From contig OY968769.1 in assembly GCA_963695345.1 (NCBI GenBank), positions 800,001-864,000 on the forward strand: a DNA stretch of 64,000 bases. Direction: 5' to 3'. Below the pieces are notes generated by a model, which did no database searches, was not told where the DNA came from, and saw nothing but the letters and a program-made list of their open reading frames with translations. Made by a program: the position numbers and the translations under genes. The DNA comes from an uncultured Methanomassiliicoccales archaeon (GTDB taxonomy: Archaea > Thermoplasmatota > Thermoplasmata > Methanomassiliicoccales > UBA472). Below, one piece after another: positions 41,374 to 52,700 of the stretch; the stretch's first letter is position 1, and each line of letters starts with the position of its first letter.

Positions 41374-43470
41374 ACGGCGCGCTCATCGCCACCGGCTTCG
41401 CCGACCAGCTGTTGGGGGTGGCGATCGAGAAGCATGGCTACGACAAGAAGATCGAGTACCCGGAGACCGCCTACGAACTGCCGTCCATATACGCCTGGGA
41501 CGGTTCCGAGGCGAAGAAACTGGGAGACCTGCCCGGCATCCTGGGCAAGGCGCGCGGCAAGATCCGGGAGACCTCGGACCTGGAGAGCGCCCTGGTCGCC
41601 GGCGAGGCCACCATGATCGCGGCCGAGATCATCGAGTCCCTGAAGTACCTGGACGATGCCAAGCCCTACGAGGGCACCATGTACACCGGTTTCGTCCCGG
41701 ACCGCATACTGCGGCAGCTGGGACTGGCCCTCGTCGACGACACCATCCCGGGAGCGGCGGTGCTGGTCGGCACGGCCAAGGACCCGAAGCAGCTGGTCAA
41801 GACCGTCAGGGCGTGCCAGAGCAAGGGCATGCTGATCTTCGCCTCCTATGATACCGTCAGACAGCTCAGGGACAACGGCATCCACATGGGATTGGACATG
41901 ATGCTCTACCCGGTCGGGGAGTTCACCCAGGTCATTCATGCCCTCAACTTCGCGATCCGCGCCGCCCTCTCCTTCGGCGGGGTGCAGAGAGGCGACCGGG
42001 AACGACTGGCCGGCTACATGAAGAAGCGGCCCAAGGTGTTCGTCCTGCAGTTCGGTCCGCTGGACGCGATCAAGGCCTCGGCCGAGTTCGCGGTGCTGCT
42101 GAACGGTTCCCCGGTGGTGGCCGACCAGATCCTGGAAGGCATACCGGACCGTTTCGTTACCCAAGCCCCGGAAAGCATGCTGCAGACGGCCATCGAACTG
42201 AGGGAAATCAAGGTGAAGGCGGCGGCCGGTGGACGTGCCGGTCGCCTACGGCGCGGCGTTCGAGGGCGAGACGGTCCGCCGACCGGACACCTACGTGGAG
42301 GCGGGCGGCGCCTCGAAGACACCCACCTTCGAGCTGCTCAGGATGAGGGAAGAAGCGGACGTCGAGGACGGCAAGATCACGGTCATCGGGAAGGACGTGG
42401 ACCAGATGGCCGACGGATCGTCGACCCCGCTGGCGATCGTCATCGACGTGTACGGCAAGAAGATGCAGGAGGACTTCGAATCGGTGATGGAACGGCGTAT
42501 CCACCTGTTCCTTAACTTCGCCGAGGGCGTCTGGCACACCGGGCAGAGGAATCTGAACTGGCTCCGCCTGAGCAAGAACGCCGTGGCCGCGGGCTTCCGC
42601 TTCAAGCATTTCGGCGACATACTCATCACCAAGATGAAGGAGGAGTTCGGCAACATCATCAGCCGGGTCCAGGTGACCATAATCACCGATGAGGAGGAGA
42701 TCAAGCGCCAGCTGCCGTCGGCCATGGAGGTGTACGCCAAGCGGGATGCCCGGATGGCCGGCCTGACCGATGAGGCGGTGGACACGTTCTATTCGTGCCT
42801 CATGTGCCAGTCGTTCGCCCCGGACCATATCTGCATCGTCACCCCGGAAAGACTGGGCCTGTGCGGGGCGATCAACTATCTGGACGCGAAGACGGGGAAG
42901 GAGATATCCCCCACCGGCCCGAACCAGCCGATATCCAAGGGCGAGACGGTGGACGCCGTCAAAGGCCAGTGGACGGGCGTCAACCAGGCGGTGTACGATC
43001 TCACGCACCATAAGCTGGAAAGGTTCAACGCCTACACCCTGATGGAGGACCCGATGACCTCGTGCGGCTGCTTCGAGTGCATCGTGGCCATGACGGCGGA
43101 CGTCCAAGCGGTCATCGTGGTCAACCGGGAGTTCCCGGGCATGACCCCGGTGGGGATGAAGTTCTCCACTCTGGCCGGTTCCATCGGCGGGGGCAAGCAG
43201 ACCCCGGGTTTCATCGGGGTGGGCAGGAAATACCTTATCAGCAAGAAATTCATCCCAGCGGACGGCGGTTTCCTCCGCATCGCGTGGATGCCCAAGGATC
43301 TGAAGGAGGCGATGCGCGGATCGCTGGAGAAGAGGGCGGCGGAACTGGGCGAACCGGGTTTCGTGGACAAGATCGCCGACGAGACGGTCACCACGGAAGC
43401 GGACGGACTGACGGAGTGGATGGCCAAGGTGGACCACCCGGCCCTGAGGATGCCGCCGCTGCTGCAATAA
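41349..43470 (+). CDS. acsB: Bacterial-type acetyl-CoA synthase with N-terminal domain; frameshift near 42225
   Basis: SRLFR..DGALIAT, YPETAYELP, DTIPG, YSCLMCQSFAP.HIC..PERLGLCGA, PMTSCGCFE (all A-cluster Cys present). Confidence 0.93.
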
Positions 43471-43490
43471 TGTTTCAGGAAGGTCATGAC

Positions 43491-44451
43491 ATGGTCGAGG
43501 TTCCAATCCCCAAGGAGAAGTGGACGGGCAAGATCGGCGTACTTGAGCTTGGCGCTTCGGCGGAGAAGGGCGGCTCCCGGGGGAAAAAGGTCCTGGTCGG
43601 GCGGCGAGCACCGGCATGCCCTTCCTTTCGTACGAAGGCACTTCGCCGAACCGGCAGATCATCGCCGGGGAGGTCATGGACACCACTCGACGAACTGCCC
43701 TCGGCGGTGGCGGAGTTCTTCGGGGACGCCGTCAAGGACCCGGCGCAGTGGGCGAAGGCCTGGGTGGAGAAGTACCACGCCGACGTCATCTGCCTGAAGC
43801 TGCTGTCGACCAACCCGGAAGAGGCGAACGTATCCCCCGAGGCGGCCGCCGAGACGGTGATGAAGGTACTGGCCGCGGTCGATGTCCCGCTGATCGTCTA
43901 TGGCTGCGGACAGGAAGAGAAGGACGCCAAGACCTTGGAAGCGGTCAGCAACATCGCGCCGAAGGAAAGGCTGCTGCTCGGCTACGCCGAGGAGGGGCAC
44001 TACAAGTCCATCTCCGCGGCGTCGATGGCCAACGACCACCCGCTCATCGCGTTCTCCAACCTGGACATCAACCTGGCAAAGCAGATCACCATCCTGCTCA
44101 CCGATTTCGGGGTGAAGAAGGACAACATCGCCATGGACCCGCTGATGGCCGGCCTGGGCATGGGGCTTGACTATTCCTATTCGGTCAACGAGCGCATCCG
44201 GCTGGCCGCCCTCATGGGAGACGGCATGCTGCAGCAGCCGATGCTGTGCGACTCCACCGCTTCGTGGAAGTCGGCCGAGGCGACCGACGAGATCGTAGGG
44301 TACGGCGACGCCGAAGGAGAGGGGTGTCTGGTGGGAGGCGACCACCGCCATAGCCGCCCTGGTCTCCGGAGCGGACATACTGGTCATGCGGCATCCAGGA
44401 GCGGCCGAGCTCGTGCGGGAAGCGCTGGACGATCTCAGGGGAGGGAACTGA
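43491..44451 (+). CDS. acsD: Corrinoid Fe-S protein small subunit; about 3 frameshifts
   Basis: PKEKWTGKI, PFLSYEG, LDINLAKQ, MDP..LG.GLDYSYSV.ERIRLAAL.GD.MLQ.P, GADILVMRHP. Confidence 0.9.
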
Positions 44452-45786
44452 ATGCCGACCGCCATCGAGATCTTCAAGCATCTGCCGAAGAAGAACTGCG
44501 GGGAGTGCAAGCACCCCACCTGCCTGGCGTTCGCCATGCAGCTCGCCAACCAGAAGGCCAAGCTGGAGGATTGCCCCTATGTCTCGGACGCCGGCAAGCA
44601 GTCGCTGGCGGCCTCCTCGGCCCCGCCGATCAGGTTGGTCAAGGTCGGGCACCGGCAAGGCCGACCCTGGAGATGGGCGACGAGACCGAGCTGTACCGCC
44701 ATGACAAGAAGTTCTTCCATCCGGTGCGCTACGCGATGACGGTCTCGGACACACTGACCGAGGCCGAGGCGATATCCAAGGTCCAGAAGGCCAATGCCAT
44801 GCGGTTCGAGCGGGTCGGACAGATCATGGCCCTGGACATGGTATGCGTCAGGAACGATTCCAAGGACGCGGGCAAGTTCGTGGCGATGGTCGACAAGGTG
44901 ATGTCGTCCACGGAACTGCCCACTGATCCTCTCCAGCGATGATCCGGTGGCGATCAGGGCGGCGGCTGCTGAGGATCTCGGCCAAGGTCCCGCTGCTCTC
45001 CGCGGCGACCACGGACGAACTTCGCCGAGATGGCCGCACTGGCCAAGGAGTTCAAGTGCCCTCTGGTGGTCAGGGAATCGAACCTCAACGACCTGGCCGA
45101 CCTGGTGGCAAAGGTCAAGCTGGCAGGCGTCGAGGACATCGTTCTGGACTTCGCTGCCGGGCAACCTCAAGGACCTGATCGAGAAGAGCACCATCATCCG
45201 CAAGCTCTCGGTCAAGAAGACGTTCCGCGGGCTCGGATATCCCTATGCTGGTGAACGCCCCGGACGGCAACCGCGGCATCACCATGGGACTGGTCTCCAC
45301 CATGAAGTACGGGTCGATCGTGGTGTTCGAGGACCTGCCGCCAGCAGATGGCCATACCTCTGTTCGTGCTCCGGCAGAACATCTATACCGACCCGCAGGT
45401 GCCGATCCAGGTCAAGCCCGGATCTGTACCCGATCGGCAATCCGACGGAGAACTCGCCGATCCTGTTCACGACCAACTTCTCGCTCACCTACTTCACCGT
45501 GCTGGGAGACATCGACAAGAGCAAGGTCCCGGTGTGGCTGCAGGTCGTCGACTGCGAGGGGCTCAGCGTGCTCACCGCGTTCGCCGCCGGGAAGCTGACC
45601 TCTGAAGGAGTCGTCCATGATCTGGACAAGTCCGGGGCTAGGACCAAGTCGAAGAAGAACGTCCTGATCATACCGGGCATGGTGGCTCGGATGGCGCCGA
45701 AGCTCGCCGAGCTCACCGGCATGAAGATCGTGGTCGGACCGAAGGAATCGTCCGGCCTGCCGAAGATGCTCAAGTCGCTCGAGTGA
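44452..45786 (+). CDS. acsC: Corrinoid Fe-S protein large subunit; multiple frameshifts
   Basis: LPKKNCGECKHPTCLAFA..CPY [4Fe-4S] motif, ETELYRH.K.F, RQNIYTDPQ.P, TTNFSLTYF, GLSVLTAFAAGK, VGPKESS. Confidence 0.9.
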
Positions 45787-45938
45787 CACTCCAACCATCT
45801 ATCGATGCCTATGCATTATTGGCGGCGGTCCAACCTAGGTGATGCTTACACTAGCTGTGCCGATCAAGAAACGGTGAGTTGGCCCAACATATTAGCATAT
45901 CGATAGCGCCTTCTGCTCCAGGCCTGCGTTGACGGCCA

Positions 45939-46286
45939 TTATGTGATTACGCTCAGGACGGCGAAGATGGCGTACAGGGCGGCGACGGTGATCAGGGTCG
46001 CCACCAGGTCGGTGAAGATGCAATAGAGCCAGGCCCATCGTCGGTCGTCGTAGTAATGGAACTGCCGGAGCGAACTGATGAACGCCCCCCATGAGAATGC
46101 CAGGGCCAGAAATAGAAGAAAGAAGAAGGTTATCAGGCGCCCCTGGTTCTGCCGCGCAATGACGTCGAAGCCCTCAAAACCGAGGAATGAAACGGCAAAG
46201 AAGAAAGCGACAAGAGAGACTATCAGCAAGATCGGGGCCCACTGTATATTGGAAGAGTAAGCCATCTCCGGCGAACACCTTACCAC
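45939..46286 (-). CDS. Small three-TM hypothetical membrane protein
   Basis: Hydrophobic 115-aa ORF. Confidence 0.55.
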   Translation of the reverse strand: MVRCSPEMAYSSNIQWAPILLIVSLVAFFFAVSFLGFEGFDVIARQNQGRLITFFFLLFLALAFSWGAFISSLRQFHYYDDRRWAWLYCIFTDLVATLITVAALYAIFAVLSVIT

Positions 46287-46319
46287 ATCAGTTCATTTCA
46301 GGCTGATAATACCGTCGTT

Positions 46320-46730
46320 TTAATTTCTCTTCCGTTTCAGAAATCCAACGATACCCTTGAACTTCCCGGTATACTCTGCGTAGATCGACACCAGATTGAT
46401 CTCGATGGCGACCAGGGACAGCAATACCAGCACACGACCGAGCGCGTCGGAGAAGATGTACTCTCCGAGCAGTATTATCCCCATGAAGACCACGTTCAAT
46501 GACCTTACCAGATATCTCATCCTGAATCCGGGCTGCGCGAGCAGTTCGACGAATCGGAGCAAGCCGTACGTCGCCGTGGCCACCGCCGTCAATGCCACCA
46601 CCAGGTACTTGTCGCCCTGGTCGGACCCGGTCCAGATCTCGATCACACTGCGTGTGGCGACGAAGACCATGAGCAGCGCGAACCATGTGCTTGTGCGCGA
46701 CCGGTCGAAAAGACTAGCTAGTTTTCCCAT
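46320..46730 (-). CDS. Small four-TM hypothetical membrane protein
   Basis: Hydrophobic ORF from ATG 46730 with a basic tail. Confidence 0.55.
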   Translation of the reverse strand: MGKLASLFDRSRTSTWFALLMVFVATRSVIEIWTGSDQGDKYLVVALTAVATATYGLLRFVELLAQPGFRMRYLVRSLNVVFMGIILLGEYIFSDALGRVLVLLSLVAIEINLVSIYAEYTGKFKGIVGFLKRKRN

Positions 46731-46809
46731 CCCTATGCATTCCAGACACACGAAACGCACTATTCAATCTTTTGATGTCAACATAGGATCGTCAAAAGGA
46801 CTGGCTGCA

Positions 46810-47562
46810 TCATTTCAACGTACCCGCCAGCCCGACGACCGCCCGATAGAATTGACTGAGCGGGTCAAGCTGGACCAGTGGAGAGCCGGACACGGCCAAT
46901 TCCTCCACCTTCCGGTCGTAGGGCAGGTATGACACCGAACCGAAACCGGCCCCGTCTATCTCCCTCTGTACGACCTCTCCCACCGTTCCCTGGACCCGGT
47001 TGACCACCAGGACGCTCCGGCCCACCTCGATCTCCATCCCCCTTGCCAGTGCCAGCAGCCGCTTTCCCGTTTCTACCCCGAGCACCGTGGCGTCGGAAAC
47101 GACCAGCAGCACGTCCATCCTCTTCGTGGTACGTCTGGAAAGATGTTCCATGCCGGCCTCGTTATCTATGACGACATAGTCATAGGAGTCCATCGCCTCA
47201 TCGATGAACGTCCTCAGGATGTTATTGATGTAGCAGTAGCAGCCCCGACCCTCTGGCCGCCCCATGGTGAGCAGGTCGAAACCGCTTCCCTCCACCTTGG
47301 CCATTTCCATCTGGTAACGGACCAACTCGTGCTTGCTCAAGCCCGCTCCGAGCTCGTCCGCCCTCCTCAGCAGGTCCTCCCTCAGCTCACCGATGGTGTG
47401 CTCCACCTTCATGCCCAGCTTGTCGCCCAGATTGGAGTTGGGATCGGCATCGACGGCCATGACCACCGATCGCGTGCGTTCCGCGATGGCCTTGATAAGC
47501 AACGCTGACAGGGTGGACTTGCCCACCCCTCCCTTGCCCGCCACGGCCACTATGAAGGTCAA
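46810..47562 (-). CDS. cooC: CooC2/AcsF-type nickel-insertion ATPase
   Basis: GKGGVGKS, DADPNSNL, GRPEGRGCYCYIN, DNEAGMEHLSRRTT. Confidence 0.92.
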   Translation of the reverse strand: MTFIVAVAGKGGVGKSTLSALLIKAIAERTRSVVMAVDADPNSNLGDKLGMKVEHTIGELREDLLRRADELGAGLSKHELVRYQMEMAKVEGSGFDLLTMGRPEGRGCYCYINNILRTFIDEAMDSYDYVVIDNEAGMEHLSRRTTKRMDVLLVVSDATVLGVETGKRLLALARGMEIEVGRSVLVVNRVQGTVGEVVQREIDGAGFGSVSYLPYDRKVEELAVSGSPLVQLDPLSQFYRAVVGLAGTLK

Positions 47563-47565
47563 GGA

Positions 47566-48615
47566 TCAATCCTCCAAGCCGTACTTCGACCGTATCGCCT
47601 CGGATACCTCGACCAGAAGGTCCAGAACATGCAGGCACTCCGACTCGCTGAGCCCTCCGAGCCCGCATTCCGGGGTTATCATGGACTGCTCGAGCAGCAC
47701 GTCCCGGTTCAGACCCTTGGAGACCAGCTCCCCGACCGCGGAATCGAATCTGGCCAGTAGCGTGTCCGCTGTCTGGTCCTCAAACCGGTGGCTCATGTTC
47801 GGGATCAATCCCCAGGAAAGTATGCCGCCCCGGGCCAAGAATGCCTTCAGCTGTTCCGGGTAAAGGGAGACCGAGAACGCGTAGTTGTAAGCGTCGAAGG
47901 ACAGCAGGTCTATGCTGGTGGACAGCACCATCGGCCAATCGGTGTTACCGCAGCAATGGACCCCGCGGATGGCCTTGACCCCTTCGAAAACCTCATCGAT
48001 CCAGGAGATCACGTTGTCGCCTGAGACGGAGGCGAACGGAGTTCCGACGAGGGACAACGAAGGCTCATCCAGGAAGATGATGACCTTGTCGGACAGTTTG
48101 GAAAGCTGACGCTCCTGCCACCGGACGCACATGTTGAGATTCCGGCGGATGATCTCACCGTAGGCCTCATCGTATATCGCCGGGCGCCCGTTCTGGTCCA
48201 CGATCTGCAGGCCGGCGCTCACTGGCCCGATCACCTGCCCCTTCACCGCCACGGCCCTTTTCGGCAATTTCCGCCGCATCAGCTCATAGAACCCGGAGAA
48301 GCTGTCCTCGGGATAGGCAAAGCTGTCCACATCGTCATTGATGATCCGGTTGTAGAACTCCTCCGGATCGTAGTTGGTCAGGTCAACGGTCACCCGCTTG
48401 TTCTCCCGGTCTATGACCACTCCCGGAAGGTTCGTGGCGTACTGCGCGTACATGTTCTCCTGGAATCCACGGGCGGGCAGCTGGGGCCAGTAGGGGATCT
48501 CGTGAAGACGGTGCTCTATCTCGTCAAGTGCCTTGATAGGGTCTTTGAAGGGCATTGATCCGATGCAGGTCGGTGCGCAGTTCCAGGCCATGGCCCACTC
48601 TATTTTATCGGCCAT
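47566..48615 (-). CDS. Core (single-barrel) methionine synthase, MesB-like, methylcorrinoid-dependent
   Basis: IGSMP, PYWPQLP...ENM, KGQVIGP, FLDEP, Zn ligands GVHCCG and TPECGLG; no N-terminal folate barrel. Confidence 0.82.
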   Translation of the reverse strand: MADKIEWAMAWNCAPTCIGSMPFKDPIKALDEIEHRLHEIPYWPQLPARGFQENMYAQYATNLPGVVIDRENKRVTVDLTNYDPEEFYNRIINDDVDSFAYPEDSFSGFYELMRRKLPKRAVAVKGQVIGPVSAGLQIVDQNGRPAIYDEAYGEIIRRNLNMCVRWQERQLSKLSDKVIIFLDEPSLSLVGTPFASVSGDNVISWIDEVFEGVKAIRGVHCCGNTDWPMVLSTSIDLLSFDAYNYAFSVSLYPEQLKAFLARGGILSWGLIPNMSHRFEDQTADTLLARFDSAVGELVSKGLNRDVLLEQSMITPECGLGGLSESECLHVLDLLVEVSEAIRSKYGLED

Positions 48616-48680
48616 ACAAAAAGGTTCCTTGCCGGAGATGCTGGACCGGAAAGAGTGAAGATAAAGGATTGGCCTTGAGG

Positions 48681-48707
48681 AAAAGGATGGGGCCGGTTCC
48701 CCCGGCC
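48681..48707 (-). terminator. Hairpin + U-tract after the split-barrel gene
   Basis: Minus strand GGCCGG-GGGAA-CCGGCC followed by CCATCCTTTT. Confidence 0.55.
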
Positions 48708-48720
48708 GGGGTTCGCTGTT

Positions 48721-49134
48721 TTATGCGATCTTCTTGCCGGAGTTGTAGTTGGCGCTCTCGTCCCATACACCGGTCGGCTCGAAGGTCCAGACGGCCCTTG
48801 CCGACAGTCCCAGGGGCTTCAGAGCGGCGTTGGTGCCATCGAAGAGCGGTCCGGAGGTCAGGTTGTCCTTGACGGTGGCGGTGATCAGATAGGCGCTCAT
48901 TTCCGAGTTGACCAGGATGCAGATCTGCTTGTTGGCCTTCTTGGTGGCCTCGAGGTTGGCGTTCGAGGTCTTCATGAGAACGGCACCGACCGATATCAGG
49001 TTGGGTGCCGGGGCGCCCATGCTCCCTACCCGGATGGAGTGGGGCGTTCCGTCGGCTGCCACGGTGGTCAGGACCTTGACGGACTTGGGATCGTTCAACA
49101 ATGCGGAGACCTCTTCTGGGAGCTTGACAGACAT
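48721..49134 (-). CDS. Pyridoxamine 5'-phosphate oxidase-like FMN-binding split-barrel protein
   Basis: KVLTTVAADGTPH, KTSNANL motifs; ATG 49134. Confidence 0.8.
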   Translation of the reverse strand: MSVKLPEEVSALLNDPKSVKVLTTVAADGTPHSIRVGSMGAPAPNLISVGAVLMKTSNANLEATKKANKQICILVNSEMSAYLITATVKDNLTSGPLFDGTNAALKPLGLSARAVWTFEPTGVWDESANYNSGKKIA

Positions 49135-49210
49135 TATTTGCACCTAGACGTACAATGAGGATGCTAATAAATAAGTATTATTATTTAATAGAAACCTATT
49201 ACACCTTGAA

Positions 49211-49942
49211 ATGAACCAAGAAGAGATCGTCCAGCGTCTCGAGAGACTGAGGGCGGAGATGGAAAGCCTGGGCCAGGAACTGAAAAGGTCGAACCTGGAA
49301 AAGTTGTGCCTGGGCATGGACGGAGCCATCAAGGAAGCCCTGTCCAAGAACGGAAAGGAATTGCTGGACAGAGATCTGGACAAGATGAGGGACGAGTCGA
49401 CCTGCGAGAACAGGGACCGATGTCTCGATACCGTCGGCAGTATCGCATCCGAGGCCATGGCCACCTACCTGGCGGGAGATACCGAGGGAGCCTTGCATCT
49501 AATCTCTTCCCTGGAGGAGAACATCCGCGGAATCGCGTCCCCCTGCGGCGACGAGGGATGCTCCGCTGATTGCCTCAGGCTCATGGATGACGTCAGGGAA
49601 AGGATAGCCTTTTCAGAAAAGCTCAGGATGGCCGCCGAAAAGGGAAGACCGGTATCCTCCGGACCACCAGTGACCGCAGATGATGTCTTCCATTCCCTCG
49701 ACCCGCTCTCCCACCCGGCCCGGGTGAGCGTTCTCATGCTGCTCTCCCAGGGCGATCTCAGCTTCACCGAGGTGAGCAGGAAACTGAATCTCAGGACTGG
49801 CCACCTCCAGTACCACCTGAAATCGTTGCTGGACGCCGGCTATGTGAACCGCAAGGTCAATCGCGGCCCGTTCTCACTGACGAAACAGGGCTCGATCGTC
49901 CTGGAATCGGCGATGGACATGACCAGGCGTCTCAAGGTCTGA
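49211..49942 (+). CDS. ArsR-like winged-helix regulator with Cys-rich N-terminal domain
   Basis: PLSHPARVSVL...SFTEVS..LNLRTGHLQYHLKSL..AGY; six Cys in the N-terminal half. Confidence 0.85.
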   Translation: MNQEEIVQRLERLRAEMESLGQELKRSNLEKLCLGMDGAIKEALSKNGKELLDRDLDKMRDESTCENRDRCLDTVGSIASEAMATYLAGDTEGALHLISSLEENIRGIASPCGDEGCSADCLRLMDDVRERIAFSEKLRMAAEKGRPVSSGPPVTADDVFHSLDPLSHPARVSVLMLLSQGDLSFTEVSRKLNLRTGHLQYHLKSLLDAGYVNRKVNRGPFSLTKQGSIVLESAMDMTRRLKV

Positions 49943-50085
49943 TCTGGACCATATCGCCCCAAGAAGTCCCCGGACAGCCGCTGAACTTTGATGGCTTCAG
50001 CGTTCCCATTGCCTTCTGATGGATCCCGCCGAATTGAATCGATCAAGCGCCCGATCGGACATCGTGGGGGCCGTTGATCGTCCCA

Positions 50086-52025
50086 TCATCCCTTATGCGG
50101 ACGGATCTCCAACGAGGGGAACTGCGACTGGTCGGTGTGGGGGAGGAACGAGGCGGAAGTGAACCGGTCGAAGAACGAAGCGTTGGTGGTCAGTTCCAGG
50201 TAGGTCATGGACCGATGCACCTCCAGCGCCTCATCCCTCTTCCGCTGCGACATCAGGGCCAGCCTGGCACCTCCCAGCGAAGCGTTGCCGATGAAGCTGA
50301 ACTTCTCCCTCGGGATGTCCGGAAGCAGGCCTATGGTGATGGCGTTGTTCACATCGATGTAGTTCCCGAACCCGCCGGCCACGTAGACCCGGTCCAGGTC
50401 GGCGAAGGTCATGTCCACGCTCTTCAGGAGCACCTCGCCGGCCGCATAGACCGCAGCCTTGGTCCTGATTATGTTGGCCAGATCGTCGTCGGTGATCGTG
50501 ATGTCCTTCTTTGGCGGCGCCTTTGCCATCAGGCCGTTCATGGAGGGAGGTATCTTCAGCTTCGGCTGTCCGGTCTCGTTCGCCCAGGCGATTACGTACT
50601 CGCGGCCGTTGTCGGTCTTCCTGACCCTGTCCGTCCCAACATCCTGGATCCTTCCCTTCTTGTCCACGATCCCGGTCCGGAACATGCCTGCGATCAGGTC
50701 GATCAGACCGGAACCGCAGACGCCCAACGGTTTCTGGCCGCCGATGGTCGTGTAGGTCAGTCCCAAGGAACCGTCGATGGAGACCCTTTCGATCGCCCCA
50801 GGCATGGCCCTCATGCCGCTGGCGACCTCTCCTCCCTCGAACGCCGGCCCGGCGGAACATGAGCAGGAAGCCATCCAATCCTTGCCCCCCAGGACGATCT
50901 CGCCATTGGTGCCCACGTCGATCAGCAGCGAGACCCCGTCCAGGTCCCTCATCCCGCTGGAGATGACGTCGGCCACGATGTCCCCGCCCACATAGCTGGC
51001 CCGGCCGGGTACGCAATAGATCGGTGCTTCCGGATGGATCTCGATGCCCAGCTCCTTCGCCTTGACCGAGGGCGGGATGTTGGTCACCGAGATGTATGGG
51101 TCGTAGCGTATGGTCTTGGGGTGCAGACCCAGGAAAAGGTGGACCATCGTGGTGTTGCCGCCCACGGCCATGGCGGTGATCTCCTCCTTGCACACCCGGG
51201 TATTGGTGGCCTTGCACTTGTCCGAGTTGTTGCTCACCTGGGTGAGGAGTTGGTTGATGGTATCGATGACCAGCCTTTGAAGGCGGTCGAGCCCTCCGTC
51301 CTCGGCGAACGCGATGCGCGCCAAGATATCCTCCCCGCACATGATCTGTTTGTTATAGGCCGATGCCTGGGTGACCACGTTCCCGGTGGAAAGATTGATC
51401 AGGGAGAGGACGACCGTGGTCGTTCCAATGTCCAGGGCGATCCCGAAATTGCGGGACGTGGTGTCCCATTCGTTGACTTCGATCACCGATGGGTTGGCGG
51501 TGGATCGGTCCAACACCGCGGTGACCCTCCAGGCGGAACGTCTGAGGGTGCCGGTAAGCCCTTTCAGGACCTCCAATGGAAAAGACAGTCGGCCCAGTTC
51601 CATTTTCAATGCGCACTCGATGCGTTCCCGATCGCCGACGCTGTTGTCCAGGGTCGGGGGCTGCAGTTCCAGGTAGACCGCTGACGAAAGGGGCGATATC
51701 TCTTGGATCTTGGAGCCGAAATAGGTCTCCAGTATCTGCATCTCGTTGAGCCTGGTCTCCTCCGGGACATAGGCGATGGTATCGCCCAGCACCTTCGTCA
51801 TGCAGGCCAGGCGATAGCCCATGTTCCAGTCCTCGGGCAAAATGAGGTCCGTCTGTTTGGAATCGAACTTGCCGCTCACGATCATCCGGCAGCGGCCACA
51901 GGTCCCTTTCCCCCGCAGGCGCTGTTGACCTCGACGCCTGCCAGGAAGGCGGCCTCTAGAAGGGTCGATCCCGGTTCGACATCGACGCTGGTGCCCTTGG
52001 GATAGAATCTGACGGAAACGCTCAT
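50086..52025 (-). CDS. acsV: Reductive activator of corrinoid proteins (RACo/AcsV; 2Fe-2S + ASKHA ATPase); frameshift near 51912
   Basis: N-terminal C..G.GTCGRC and RLAC; DIGTTT, YVGGD, IDVGTNGE, CSAGPAFEG, GVCGSG, AGGFG, GNASL. Confidence 0.9.
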
Positions 52026-52072
52026 CGTGGTTCGAATTGATTACCTGTTATATAACCCAGGCGAATTGATTC

Positions 52073-52700
52073 TCAGCCTTCTGGGTCCTGGCATTGTCCG
52101 ACCGTGGGAGAGCATTCCCTCATGCGTTTGTGGCGGAACTCGCTGCCGGCGCGGTACGCCTCTCCAAGGTTCATCCCCATCGCATAATAGGAATGGTCCG
52201 AAGGCGAGTACCAGAAAGGCAGTATCTTGGCCACGTCTGGAATCCCTTCCTCATCCAGGCAGTCCTCGTCCACTTTGACGTCCTTGATCTCCCCCACGAA
52301 TTGGGTATGGGCCCCCAGGTCGGTGACATGGGTCACCCGGCACTCGAGGACCAGCGGGAACTCGCTGACATAGGGGGCATCCACTATCTTGCTGGCGACC
52401 GCTTTGAGGCCGGCGCTGCTCGAACTTGTCCTCGGCCTTGCCCGAGACCATGCCGAAATAGTCTGATTCCTTGACATGCTTCTCCGAGGGTATGCTGATG
52501 GTGAATGCCTTCCGCCCCATCAGATTCTCGTAGGTGTATCGGACCTTCCTCACCGATATCGCCACGCTCGGAGGCTCCGACGAGCATATCCCGCCCCATG
52601 CACATGCCATCGCGTTAGGGCTATCGTCCCGGTCGTAGGTCCCGACGATGAAGACCGGGGTCGGATAGACCAGTGTTGTCGCCCCAATTGACCTCTTCAT
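52073..52700 (-). CDS. Flavoredoxin / flavin reductase-family protein; frameshift near 52415
   Basis: PTPVFIVGTY..PNAM..AWGG, DYFG.VSG, APYVSEFPL.LEC, HTQFVGEI. Confidence 0.88.
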
